DNA of 64,000 nt, taken from NCBI GenBank assembly GCA_963665815.1, contig OY762463.1, positions 3,680,001 through 3,744,000 of the forward strand. Reading direction: 5' to 3'. Under the pieces are notes generated by a model. The model was not told the origin of the DNA, did not search any database, and saw only the letters and a list, made by a program, of their open reading frames with translations. The DNA comes from Candidatus Cloacimonadales bacterium (lineage in GTDB: Bacteria > Cloacimonadota > Cloacimonadia > Cloacimonadales > JAIOQZ01). This document shows positions 10,307-20,207 of the stretch, one piece after another; position 1 is the stretch's first letter; each line of letters starts with the position of its first letter. Both the position numbers and the translations under genes were made by a program.

Positions 10307-13300
10307 ATGAAAAAGGCATTCTTACTTTTTGGATTAGTGCTATTGTCTGTAATGCTATGCGCGCAGGATCACGGAGGTCCTGACAATTTTGGTTACAGAT
10401 GGGCAACAAGTGATAACGCTAATGGTCCTACTTACAACTGGATTACACCGAGTACGAATAGTACTGCTCTCACAATGGGTGACGATGATATTCAGGGACC
10501 ATTCGATCTGGGATTTACTTTTAACTTCTACGGAGTAGACTATACTTCGGTCAAAATCAGTTCTAATGGATACTTAACATTCAATTTTAACGAAGCAGAA
10601 ACTCTTGTACATCAGGATGTTCCGGATGCAAACACTCCTAACAACTTAGTGGGGTGGTTCTGGTCAGATATTGATCCACCTGAAGACAATCTGTCTACTA
10701 TCAGTTATGAGACAATAACATTTAACAATCAGAATGCGTTTGTCGTAACTTTTGACCACTGTAGAGAGTACAATCTTGACACTCCCGGGTATTTTACCGG
10801 GCAAGTGGTTTTGGTTGAAGATGGTAAAATTCTTATTCAGTATGAAGGATTTTATGAAGATTTCCTGTTGTCATCACAGACAGTAGGCCTCGAAAACTCA
10901 GATGGTACTGATGGAATTATGTGTAATCATAATGATTCTCTCTTCTTCTCTAACAATATGGCAATTGAGTTTGCTGTATCAGATATTGGTGCTAACAATC
11001 CTGTCCCTGCAAATGGTAGTATAGGTGTTCTTGTTGACGGTGATTTATCATGTGATTTTCTTAGCAATTCAGTTTCTTATGACCTCTGGTTTGGACCTGA
11101 AGGAAACATGGCTCAGGTTGTAACAAACCAGCCGGTAAGTTCATTTTCACCATATTCATACACCGGATTAACACCTCTTACAACCTATAGTTGGCGTGTT
11201 GATGTATATGATTCAGCAAGTAATATGTACGAAGGAGAAGTCTGGAACTTCGAAACAATGTGTGGAACAATAACGACATTCCCTTGGAACGAATCATTTG
11301 ATGCGGATAATCTGCCAAGCTGTTGGGTTGATGATCCTGCAAATAGCGATCCATGGTCTATTGGAGCTTCAACATCATCATCAGGAACAGGACCACAAAG
11401 TGGAGATCATACTTCAGGTAGTGGTAACTTCATTTATACTGAGGCTTCAGGTCATAATAATCAATTATATAAAATTTCTTCACCAGTATTCAATGTTACC
11501 GGTTTAACCAGCCCATCTTTGGAATTCTACTACCACATGTACGGTGGTGATATGGGTACTCTGCAAGTAAATATTTATGAACCTGTTAATGATGTTCGTT
11601 ATACAGATGTTGTTAACCCGGTTTCCGGTGATCAGGGTGATGTATGGAATTTGATGAGTATTGATTTGTCAACTTACAGCGAAGATTTCGTTGTGGAAAT
11701 TATCGGAACAACAGGAGATGGTTTCGAAAGTGACATCTGTATTGATGATATTTCAATTTATGATGTTAATACTGCCCCGGGATGCACAAATTTCATTTCT
11801 CCTGTTGATGCAGCTGTAGATATTATTGAAAACAGCACCTTGACTTGGAGCGCTGCCCAGGGAGCTACAGGATACATTGTTAATCTTGGTACTGATAACC
11901 CTCCTACAGATGTTGTAAGTTCTCAGGATGTTGGCAATAATTTGACTTTTGATTTTACCGGGTTAGCTCTTGGTACAGTATATTATTGGCAGATTATACC
12001 TTACAATGCCAGTGGCAGTGCAACAGGATGTCCTGTCTGGTCATTCACATCCAGACCAGATCCATTAGTAAGTACATTCCCGTACAGCAGAGGCTTTGAA
12101 AGCGGTCAACTTCCTGTAAACTGGATTGATGATCCTGCGAATACAACTCCATGGTCTTATGGAACAACAACTCCGACGACTACAACCGGTCCTGAAAACG
12201 GGGATCATACGACAGGCAGTGGATATTTTGCCTTTACTGAATCAAACAGTAACCTCAATCAACAGTTTAAAATGATTACAAATCCATTTGATGTATCATC
12301 TTTAACAAATCCGACTATGCAGTTATGGTATAACATGAATGGATGCTCAATGGGCTCTCTTCAAGTAAATATTGTAAACAATGTAACTGGAGCTATAACT
12401 GCTGATGTTATTACACCAATAACAGGTGATCACAGAGATGTATGGTTTAATATACTGGTTGATTTGAGTACATTTACAACTGATCCTTTCTATTTCGAGA
12501 TTGTAGCGACAACAGGAAATGATTATTTCAGTGATATAAGTATTGATGATTTCAGTGTTTTTGATAACAACGTTGTACCTCAATGTTCAATTTTCAGGTC
12601 TCCCTTAGATACTGAATCAGATATTCCTGAATGCAGTACTCTCAAATGGGATGGAAAACATGGAGCGACAGGTTATAATGTATCATTAGGTACCGACAAT
12701 CCACCCACAAATGTTGTAAATAACCTGGATGTAGGCGCTGTCTTTGAATATGATTTTTCTGGTTTAGCAAATAATACAACGTATTACTGGAGTGTAACTC
12801 CTTATAACGATGCAGGTACTGCTACAGGATGCCCTGTTTGGAGCTTTACAGTAAGATCAGATATGACAATAGACGTTTTCCCAATGATGGAAGATTTTAC
12901 TAACTGGCCTGTTGATGGCTGGGTACTCGATGGAAGAAGGGCTTGGTCTCTCAGTGCATCTTATAATGTTCCTTACTGTAATTTCTGGTCATGGAATGGT
13001 GGTAATGCTGAGCTGATAACTCCTCCTCTTGCACTTACGGGTACTGCGGATTTAGTATTCAGCTGGTCACACCATTACAATACGACATATATTGGTGATG
13101 AGTTGAATGTCTCAGTATCAACCGATATGCATAACTGGACATCTGTCTGGAATAGAATAGATGATACTTTTGAATCAAATGATGGTGCAGATGATACTTC
13201 ACCCGGTTCATTTATTCAGGAAACGGTCAACCTTGATGCATTTGCAGGGCAGACTATTTATGTGAAATTTGACGCTATTTCAGGCTACGGTCCTGATTTG

Positions 13301-15040
13301 TTTATTGATAATATAGGTGTTAATATTACAACACCACCGGATCATGATCTTTCAGTAATTACAGCTACAGGTCCACTGGAAGTAATGGTTGGTGTGCAAT
13401 CTGATTACACTATTACAATTAGAAACAACGGTTTAAATCCTGAATCAAACTACGATGTGAAACTCATGATGGCAACAGATGTTGAGCTTGCATCAACTCC
13501 GGGAACTCTGATTCAGCCTGACTCTATTGCAACATTCGTATTGTCCTGGACTCCTACTAATGATCAGCTGGGTAACCAGCAGATTTATGGTAAGGTTGTT
13601 ATGACTGGAGATATGGTCACTGGTAATAATGAGTCAGCGCCTCTTAGTGTTGTTGTGCAGCCATCTCAAACAGGATTGCAGGGACATGTCTATGATCATA
13701 ATGATGCTCCTCTGTTCAATGCTCAGATACTGATTGAAGAACTCCAGAGTGTGCAATATACAGATAACAACGGATACTACCAGTTTGCAAATATAACACC
13801 TGGTTCATATACCGTTACAGCATCTCAAACAATGTACCACGATGTAAGTGTGTCAAATGTGAGTATTGTTCAAAATGTGTTTACAACTCAAGACTTCTCT
13901 CTTGGCCAAGGGAATGGTGGACCAGTACTTCAGGGAATTGTCCAGGATCATAACAATGCTGTTGTAAATGGTGCTACTGTAGAAGTTGCCGGAGCAAACA
14001 TGACAACACAAACAGATGATCAGGGTCGTTACTACTTCTTCCTGATTACTCAGGGTAGTTATACTGTTACAGCAATGAAAGACGGATATATGAATCATGT
14101 TGTTCAGAATCTGAACATTGTCGACGGATCACAGACTCAGGACTTTGTTATAAACGAATATGGTCATATCGCAGTACAGGTTACAACAAATCTGAACTCA
14201 TTCGATGGAGCAGTAGTTGAAGCTACAGATGGAACAAACACTTATCAGAATACAGTTAATGATTCCGGTTGGGTATTCTTTAACGAAGTGGAACCCGGAA
14301 CATACGATATTTCTGCATCTCTTGAAGGAACTGTTCCTTATGAAGAAACCGGTGTTCAGGTTGCTTATGGGTCTGATCTTACTTATCAGGCAGCATTGAA
14401 TGAATTGATGCTTGCACCAACAAATATTCAGTGGAACTCCAATGGTGGTTACTTGAGCTGGAATCATGGTGACAGATCTTATGCTGTAAGAACTGATGGT
14501 GAAAGCACTCTGGCTGATGGTAAGGGTTATACTAACAGGGATTCAGATGATGGAACTCCTGAACGATCTTTACTTTATTTCAGAGTTGAAATTGATGTTC
14601 TGAATCAGACAACCACTGATACATTCTTTGTTGTATCTGGTTTTGATCCCAATGAAACACTGACAGCTACAATTACAGCCGTTTATGAGACAGGTAATAT
14701 GGCTGCACCGGATTTCGAATTTGACTTCATAGTAGGTAATGATGATGAAGATAATGTTCCTCTGGTAACAGAGCTCAAAGGAAACTATCCTAATCCATTC
14801 AATCCTACTACAAACATCGAGTTTTCACTGAAAAAGACTGGTAGAGTTGAACTAGTAATTTACAACATCACCGGTCAGAAAGTGAGAACACTGATTAGTG
14901 CAGAAATGAAGGCTGATCATCACAGAATTACCTGGAATGGTAAAGATGACAGAGGTAACGCTGTTTCAAGTGGAACATACTTCTACAGACTCCAGACATC
15001 TGAATATACACAAACTAAAAAAATGCTGATGCTAAAATAG
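10307..15040 (+). CDS. Large secreted multidomain adhesin-like protein: duplicated MAM + FN3-like unit, cleaved-adhesin-like domain, CARDB, three carboxypeptidase-regulatory-like domains, C-terminal sorting domain
   Basis: AAGGAGG RBS; signal peptide; MAM motifs (TGPQSGDHTSGSGNFIYTE, FYYHMYG, DICIDD) twice; GHVYD/GIVQD..GSYTVTA repeats; NYPNPFNP...SGTYFYRL...KKMLMLK. Confidence 0.8.
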   Translation: MKKAFLLFGLVLLSVMLCAQDHGGPDNFGYRWATSDNANGPTYNWITPSTNSTALTMGDDDIQGPFDLGFTFNFYGVDYTSVKISSNGYLTFNFNEAETLVHQDVPDANTPNNLVGWFWSDIDPPEDNLSTISYETITFNNQNAFVVTFDHCREYNLDTPGYFTGQVVLVEDGKILIQYEGFYEDFLLSSQTVGLENSDGTDGIMCNHNDSLFFSNNMAIEFAVSDIGANNPVPANGSIGVLVDGDLSCDFLSNSVSYDLWFGPEGNMAQVVTNQPVSSFSPYSYTGLTPLTTYSWRVDVYDSASNMYEGEVWNFETMCGTITTFPWNESFDADNLPSCWVDDPANSDPWSIGASTSSSGTGPQSGDHTSGSGNFIYTEASGHNNQLYKISSPVFNVTGLTSPSLEFYYHMYGGDMGTLQVNIYEPVNDVRYTDVVNPVSGDQGDVWNLMSIDLSTYSEDFVVEIIGTTGDGFESDICIDDISIYDVNTAPGCTNFISPVDAAVDIIENSTLTWSAAQGATGYIVNLGTDNPPTDVVSSQDVGNNLTFDFTGLALGTVYYWQIIPYNASGSATGCPVWSFTSRPDPLVSTFPYSRGFESGQLPVNWIDDPANTTPWSYGTTTPTTTTGPENGDHTTGSGYFAFTESNSNLNQQFKMITNPFDVSSLTNPTMQLWYNMNGCSMGSLQVNIVNNVTGAITADVITPITGDHRDVWFNILVDLSTFTTDPFYFEIVATTGNDYFSDISIDDFSVFDNNVVPQCSIFRSPLDTESDIPECSTLKWDGKHGATGYNVSLGTDNPPTNVVNNLDVGAVFEYDFSGLANNTTYYWSVTPYNDAGTATGCPVWSFTVRSDMTIDVFPMMEDFTNWPVDGWVLDGRRAWSLSASYNVPYCNFWSWNGGNAELITPPLALTGTADLVFSWSHHYNTTYIGDELNVSVSTDMHNWTSVWNRIDDTFESNDGADDTSPGSFIQETVNLDAFAGQTIYVKFDAISGYGPDLFIDNIGVNITTPPDHDLSVITATGPLEVMVGVQSDYTITIRNNGLNPESNYDVKLMMATDVELASTPGTLIQPDSIATFVLSWTPTNDQLGNQQIYGKVVMTGDMVTGNNESAPLSVVVQPSQTGLQGHVYDHNDAPLFNAQILIEELQSVQYTDNNGYYQFANITPGSYTVTASQTMYHDVSVSNVSIVQNVFTTQDFSLGQGNGGPVLQGIVQDHNNAVVNGATVEVAGANMTTQTDDQGRYYFFLITQGSYTVTAMKDGYMNHVVQNLNIVDGSQTQDFVINEYGHIAVQVTTNLNSFDGAVVEATDGTNTYQNTVNDSGWVFFNEVEPGTYDISASLEGTVPYEETGVQVAYGSDLTYQAALNELMLAPTNIQWNSNGGYLSWNHGDRSYAVRTDGESTLADGKGYTNRDSDDGTPERSLLYFRVEIDVLNQTTTDTFFVVSGFDPNETLTATITAVYETGNMAAPDFEFDFIVGNDDEDNVPLVTELKGNYPNPFNPTTNIEFSLKKTGRVELVIYNITGQKVRTLISAEMKADHHRITWNGKDDRGNAVSSGTYFYRLQTSEYTQTKKMLMLK
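11270..12855 (+). repeat. Intragenic tandem duplication of ~798 nt (266 aa; MAM + FN3-like)
   Basis: TGATGATCCTGC at 11329 and 12127; paired LGTDNPPT and ATGCPVWSFT motifs; boundaries approximate. Confidence 0.8.
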
Positions 15041-15117
15041 CTCAGCAGAAATTTATAAATTGTTTTGTTTCTTAATTGTCTTCTGATCCTTAGGAATGGA
15101 AAGAAAGCAAGACATAT

Positions 15118-15152
15118 GAAGCAGCCTTTCACACGAAAGGCTGTTTCCTTTT
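15118..15152 (+). terminator. Intrinsic terminator
   Basis: GAAGCAGCCTTTC-ACAC-GAAAGGCTGTTTC then CTTTT. Confidence 0.85.
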
Positions 15153-15159
15153 ATAATCC

Positions 15160-15365
15160 TCTATCTCGTTACAGGACTTTCCTCCATAGGTGTTTACTCA
15201 CCGTGTAGAGCCAACCGGACGGTTGATAAAAAAATCTGAACCTTGATTTTCTTAATTAACATGCTTGCAGGATTCTGAGTGACGCTTAGCGTCAAATTCC
15301 CCTCTACATTATTAACATAATTCAAGAGGGGAAAATCAATTTTGGGAAAGAAATTGATTGGGGGT
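15160..15365. ncRNA. Candidate unclassified structured RNA/DNA element (six consecutive hairpins)
   Basis: Stem-loops at 15182-15210, 15212-15225, 15231-15250, 15280-15294, 15297-15333 and 15334-15359, lying between two convergent terminators. Confidence 0.35.
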
Positions 15366-15390
15366 GTGTATTTTATAATCATTTTCAAAC

Positions 15391-15420
15391 AAAAAAACCT
15401 GCCGAAAATTCAGCAGGTTT
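15391..15420 (-). terminator. Intrinsic terminator of rocD
   Basis: AAACCTGC/GCAGGTTT stem with a U-tract on the minus strand. Confidence 0.8.
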
Positions 15421-15443
15421 AAAGTAATATTATTTAACTGTTA

Positions 15444-16682
15444 TTAAGCGTCGAGTTCTTCGAAAACTGATCTCATTATTTCGATTGCTTCTTTCAGTTC
15501 ATCTTTTGTAATTACAAGTGGTGGAGCAAGACGGATAATGTGTTGGTGTGTAGGTTTACAGAGTAATCCTTTTTCTTTAAGCTTTACACATACATCCCAG
15601 GCTTCAACACCGTCTTTAGGTTTAATAATGATAGCATTAAGAAGACCTCTACCTCTTACAGTAGTGATTCTGTCAGTCTTAATGTTTCTCAATTCTTCTC
15701 TGAGGTATTCACCAAGTTCGAATGCTTTTTCAGTAAGGTTTTCTTCTTTGATAACTTCGAGAGCAGCCTGAGCAACAGCACACGCGAGTGGGAATCCACC
15801 AAAAGTTGAGCCATGCTGACCAGGTTTGATAACCATCATAATGTCTTTGTCTGCAAGAACAGCTGACACAGGTAATACACCCCCGGAAATAGCTTTACCA
15901 AGAATTACAACATCAGGTCTGATTCCTTCATACTCAACAGCAAGAAGTTTACCTGTTCTGGCAATACCTGTTTGAACTTCATCTGCTACGAACAGTACGT
16001 TGTGTTTTTTACAGGCATCGTAACATTTTTTGAGGTATCCTTCGTCAGGAACGTTAACACCGGCTTCACCCTGAATAGGCTCAACGATGAATCCTGCGAT
16101 TTCTTCACCTTGTTCTTCAAGAACTTTTTCAAGCGCTTCTGAATCATTATATGGTACATGGATTATTCCGGGTACGTATGGACCGAATCCACCGTAAGAT
16201 TCAGGATCAGTTGAAGCAGAAATAACTGCGATTGTTCTTCCGTGGAAGTTTTCTGTACAGAAAACCAGTTTTGCTTTGTTTTCTGCGATACCTTTTACAT
16301 CGTATCCCCATTTACGGGTTATTTTCATTGCTGTTTCAACAGCTTCAGCACCTGTATTCATTGGAAGAACCATATCATAACCAAAGTATTCGGTAACGAA
16401 TTTTTCGTAGCTTCCAAGTTTATTATTGAAAAAAGCACGTGAAGTTAATGTGAGAACGTCAGCCTGATCTTTGAGCGCTTTGATAATCTTTGGATGACAA
16501 TGCCCCTGATTAACAGCTGAGTAAGCTGACAGGAAGTCAAAATATTTTTTTCCTTCCGGATCCCAGAGAAATGGTCCTTCTCCTTTTGCAATTACAACTG
16601 GCAGTGGGTGATAGTTATGAGCTCCGTATTTTTCTTCTAAAGCCATTGCGTCAGTACTGCTTACGGTTCCGTATTTCAGCAT
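15444..16682 (-). CDS. rocD: Ornithine aminotransferase
   Basis: [58 protein letters not shown] (PLP Lys), HGSTFGG. Confidence 0.95.
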   Translation of the reverse strand: MLKYGTVSSTDAMALEEKYGAHNYHPLPVVIAKGEGPFLWDPEGKKYFDFLSAYSAVNQGHCHPKIIKALKDQADVLTLTSRAFFNNKLGSYEKFVTEYFGYDMVLPMNTGAEAVETAMKITRKWGYDVKGIAENKAKLVFCTENFHGRTIAVISASTDPESYGGFGPYVPGIIHVPYNDSEALEKVLEEQGEEIAGFIVEPIQGEAGVNVPDEGYLKKCYDACKKHNVLFVADEVQTGIARTGKLLAVEYEGIRPDVVILGKAISGGVLPVSAVLADKDIMMVIKPGQHGSTFGGFPLACAVAQAALEVIKEENLTEKAFELGEYLREELRNIKTDRITTVRGRGLLNAIIIKPKDGVEAWDVCVKLKEKGLLCKPTHQHIIRLAPPLVITKDELKEAIEIMRSVFEELDA

Positions 16683-16930
16683 ACTTCCTCCTTATATTAA
16701 TTAATTTGTACTTCTTATGAAAGCTATAATCTTTATGTCAACCTAAATCTGATAAAGTCTCGTTAATTATAGTAATTCAATAAGTTAATAATATTCAGCA
16801 AATTGTGCTTAAAAAAAATAGATCTCACCTTGTCTTTGATTATGCATGAGTAAAGGGTTTTGTATGATAGTAATATTTCCCTGCTTTCACTTTGCACTTG
16901 ACATTTTTGATTATGCATCATTTTTGCAGT

Positions 16931-17623
16931 ATGATGAATTTAGCTAATTATGAAAATACAGCAGTCATTATACCTGTTTACAATGCGGAAAGACATCTCG
17001 ATGAACTGATAAGAAGGATTTCTGCGATTATTCCAACGAATAATATTATAACTGTAGATGACTGTTCAATAGATAATTCTGCTCAGGTTTGCAGGAAGTT
17101 CGGTACAATTTATAACCGGCTATCTGTGAACTGCGGCAAAGGTGTTGCCCTTAAGCATGGCTTTGAAATTGCCAGAAAGCAAGGTTTTAAGTTTGCTATA
17201 ACCCTGGATTCTGATCTACAGCATTTACCGGAAGAAATACCGGATTTTATTGAGGAGCAGAATGTTTCAAATGCAGATATGGTAATCGGACGCAGGAACT
17301 TCAGACCAAGCTTTATGCCGATTCCACGAATTGCCAGTAACGGTCTGACATCGTTTATTGTCAGTCTGATTACGCATCACAGGATAAAAGACTCGCAGTC
17401 AGGATACAGGTTATACAGGCTTGCGAAAGTTATTTCGAATGACTGTATTTCTGATCGTTATCAGTACGAGACAGAGATAATCTTTTCTTTTGCCCGACAA
17501 AAAGCTGTATTCAGCTCAATTATTATTCCTACTATATACAATGATGAAGAAAGTTACATAAAGCATGGTCGGGATATAATGAATTTTATAAAAATTGTAT
17601 TTAACGAGATATTTATCAACTAA
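16931..17623 (+). CDS. GT2 glycosyltransferase
   Basis: IIPVYNA, VDDCSID, GKGVAL, TLDSDLQH, DSQSGYR; start moved to ATG 16931. Confidence 0.88.
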   Translation: MMNLANYENTAVIIPVYNAERHLDELIRRISAIIPTNNIITVDDCSIDNSAQVCRKFGTIYNRLSVNCGKGVALKHGFEIARKQGFKFAITLDSDLQHLPEEIPDFIEEQNVSNADMVIGRRNFRPSFMPIPRIASNGLTSFIVSLITHHRIKDSQSGYRLYRLAKVISNDCISDRYQYETEIIFSFARQKAVFSSIIIPTIYNDEESYIKHGRDIMNFIKIVFNEIFIN

Positions 17624-17636
17624 GCTGAGAGGAAAC

Positions 17637-18392
17637 ATGAGAATTTTACTTACAAACGACGATGGGGTGAATGCTCGCGGTATACGTGTATTGCAGGAGC
17701 GACTTAAGAAAGACAATCATGAAGTATTTGTAATTGCCCCTGAAAGTGAAAGAAGCGCTTTTTCGCATTCAATAACCATTAACAGACCGGTATATCTGAA
17801 CGAACACGAAGAAAATGTTTGGTCGATAAGTGGTACACCGGTGGATTGTGTTTTCTTTCTAAAAGATGTTATCAAAATTGAAAATATTGATCTGGTTATA
17901 TCCGGAATAAACGGTGGTCAGAATATGGGAAGAGATGTTCTGTATTCCGGTACAGTAGGTGTTGCTCTGGAAGCTATGCTGCACGGTTACAAGGCTATTG
18001 CTATTTCCATGAATGAATACAGAGACCAGAAATATGAAACCGGGGCAGAAGTCATGGCTCAATTACTGAGGCAGAACATTCATGAATATTGCAAAGAGGG
18101 ACAGATTCTGAATATCAATATTCCGAATATTACATTTGAAGAGATTAAAGGAATTAAGCTTACATCATTAGGTCATAGATATTATAAGAATTACATCAGA
18201 ACTGATAAAGACGAGAATGGCAGGACATTCTATCTTATTGGCGGAGATATGCCGGAATGGGATAACTCTGAAAACTCTGATTTCAAAGCTATATCGGAAA
18301 ATTATGTTTCAATAACTCCGGTATGGCCTAACTTTGAAGTACTTGATGTTCCAGAGAGTCTTAAATTGGGAATAAAGGTATTAAATTTGTAG
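17637..18392 (+). CDS. surE: 5'/3'-nucleotidase SurE
   Basis: MRILLTNDDG, SGTPVDCV, SGINGGQN, YSGTV. Confidence 0.95.
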   Translation: MRILLTNDDGVNARGIRVLQERLKKDNHEVFVIAPESERSAFSHSITINRPVYLNEHEENVWSISGTPVDCVFFLKDVIKIENIDLVISGINGGQNMGRDVLYSGTVGVALEAMLHGYKAIAISMNEYRDQKYETGAEVMAQLLRQNIHEYCKEGQILNINIPNITFEEIKGIKLTSLGHRYYKNYIRTDKDENGRTFYLIGGDMPEWDNSENSDFKAISENYVSITPVWPNFEVLDVPESLKLGIKVLNL

Positions 18393-18404
18393 ATTGGTAA
18401 GAAG

Positions 18405-19052
18405 ATGAAATTTGAAGATCAAAGAGAAATAATGGTACAGACCCAGTTGATGGGAAGAGGAATAAAAAACGATCGAATTTTAAGTGCTTTCAGGGAGATT
18501 CCCCGAGATATGTTCGTCCCAGATGATTTTAAACTGCATTCTTATGCTGACTTTCCGCTTTCTATAGCATGTGGACAGACAATTTCACAACCTTACATCA
18601 TTGCATTCATGATTCAGATAGTTGATGTGACTGATCAGGATAAAGTTCTCGAAATAGGAACAGGCTCAGGATATCAGACAGCAATTCTATCCATGCTTGC
18701 TAAAGAAGTATATAGTGTTGAGAGGATACAGGAGTTAAGTCTCGGAGCTAAAAGAGTCTTGAAAAAACTTGATATAAACAATGTTCATTTCAGGGTAGGT
18801 GACGGTACAAGAGGTTGGGAAAAGGCTTATCCCAAATGTGAAGAGTTCGACAAGATTATTGTATCTGCCGGAAGCCCGTCTATACCTGAGAGTCTATTAC
18901 AACAGCTTGCAGATAACGGAAAACTGATTATTCCGTCCGGAACTCAGGAGATGCAGGCACTTGAGATGATTACCAGAAAAGGTGACCAGTATATAAAAGA
19001 ATCTTTCGGAAAATGTACTTTCGTACCGTTGATAGGAGAGCAGGGATGGTAA
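18405..19052 (+). CDS. pcm: Protein-L-isoaspartate O-methyltransferase
   Basis: GQTISQPY, VLEIGTGSGYQTA, GDGTRGW, FVPLIG; follows surE. Confidence 0.95.
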   Translation: MKFEDQREIMVQTQLMGRGIKNDRILSAFREIPRDMFVPDDFKLHSYADFPLSIACGQTISQPYIIAFMIQIVDVTDQDKVLEIGTGSGYQTAILSMLAKEVYSVERIQELSLGAKRVLKKLDINNVHFRVGDGTRGWEKAYPKCEEFDKIIVSAGSPSIPESLLQQLADNGKLIIPSGTQEMQALEMITRKGDQYIKESFGKCTFVPLIGEQGW

Positions 19053-19699
19053 AAAAAATTATAATTCTGTTTCTACTGACAATATTTATCATTGTCAGTC
19101 TGAATGCTGAAGGTGCTGCCGGACATGAATCTGATCAGCACGGTTTAAAAAAGAAAATTCTGGATTATTTCACAGATAAAGAAATCTCAAGAGAGTTAAC
19201 AGTATTTCTGATATCAATGCTTCCGATATTCGAGCTGAGAGGAGCGATCCCTGTGGGAATTCAGTTGTTTGAAATTCCATGGTACAAAGTATTTGCAATC
19301 TCAGTTGCCGGAAATATGGTGCCAATTTTTCTGATTCTGGTGTTTTTTGGGTTTGTTGAAAAACTTTTCCGTAAATTTTCATTTACAAACAGGATACTTG
19401 AGAAGATATTTGAGAAAACACGTAAAAAAAGTGATTTGATTAAGAAGTATGAAGAGCTCGGACTTATAATGTTTGTTGCCATACCATTACCTGTAACAGG
19501 TGCCTGGACAGGTTCACTTGCGGCATATTTGTTCGGATTGAAATACTGGAAATCGCTTTTATTCATTTTCATTGGAGTAATCGGAGCCGGTGTAGTTGTT
19601 ACAACACTGACGTTACTTGGCTGGACCGGTGCAATTATAGCTCTCGCTGCTCTGGCAGCTTTATTGATAATACCTCTTATAAAAAACATGAGGAAATAA
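19046..19699 (+). CDS. Small multi-drug export family membrane protein (COG2426-like)
   Basis: SMLPIFELRGAIP and FVAIPLPVTGAWTG motifs. Confidence 0.85.
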   Translation: MVKKIIILFLLTIFIIVSLNAEGAAGHESDQHGLKKKILDYFTDKEISRELTVFLISMLPIFELRGAIPVGIQLFEIPWYKVFAISVAGNMVPIFLILVFFGFVEKLFRKFSFTNRILEKIFEKTRKKSDLIKKYEELGLIMFVAIPLPVTGAWTGSLAAYLFGLKYWKSLLFIFIGVIGAGVVVTTLTLLGWTGAIIALAALAALLIIPLIKNMRK

Positions 19700-19700
19700 T

Positions 19701-20207
19701 ATGAGCATTTTTGATTTTTTTTCTCGAGAGAAGAAAGTAAAGAATCTTACAAAAGAAGAATTCTATTTTCTGAGAAATGTTCCTTTCTTACAAGGATTGA
19801 ACAGGCTTGAACTGAAGCTGTTCTCCCGACTTCTGCATAAACGTGTATTCGAAAAAGACGAATGGGTTTTCCGGGAAGACTATCCGCATACTGTGTTATA
19901 TATTATTGCTGATGGTCATGTAGATATAATTCTTGAGAAAAAACGCGAAGAAGAAATAAATCTGGTTACACTTGGTGCCGAAGATTACTTTGGTGAAGTT
20001 GGTTTGTTTACTGATTCTCAGAGAACTGCATCGGCAAAGGCATCTTCGCCGGCAACTCTTTATGCCGTTTCTCAAAAGGATTTTCAAGTGTTTATAAACG
20101 AGCATCCTCGAACTGCTTCAAAAATTTTGTTCCAGTTTGCAGGGAAATTGAGCAAGGATTTGATTCGAACAAACAGGAAATTGAAGGTGATCAATGATTC
20201 GGAGTAA
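19701..20207 (+). CDS. Cyclic nucleotide-binding domain protein (no HTH)
   Basis: LYIIADGHV, DYFGEVGL, RTASAKA. Confidence 0.85.
   Translation: MSIFDFFSREKKVKNLTKEEFYFLRNVPFLQGLNRLELKLFSRLLHKRVFEKDEWVFREDYPHTVLYIIADGHVDIILEKKREEEINLVTLGAEDYFGEVGLFTDSQRTASAKASSPATLYAVSQKDFQVFINEHPRTASKILFQFAGKLSKDLIRTNRKLKVINDSE

Noticed and set aside
15174..15184. GAGGAAAGTCC on the minus strand, the RNase P RNA 5' motif
   Set aside because: Only ~25 nt remain before a terminator hairpin, and the 3' P4 partner (AGAA..CGGCTTA) is not present.
15275..15296. CTGAGTGA-stem as a hammerhead ribozyme core
   Set aside because: Extra nucleotide in the CUGANGA core and no GAAA after the stem.
15194..15388. 64-aa minus-strand ORF
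   Set aside because: No RBS, it starts immediately after the rocD terminator, has no recognisable motif and overlaps dense hairpins.
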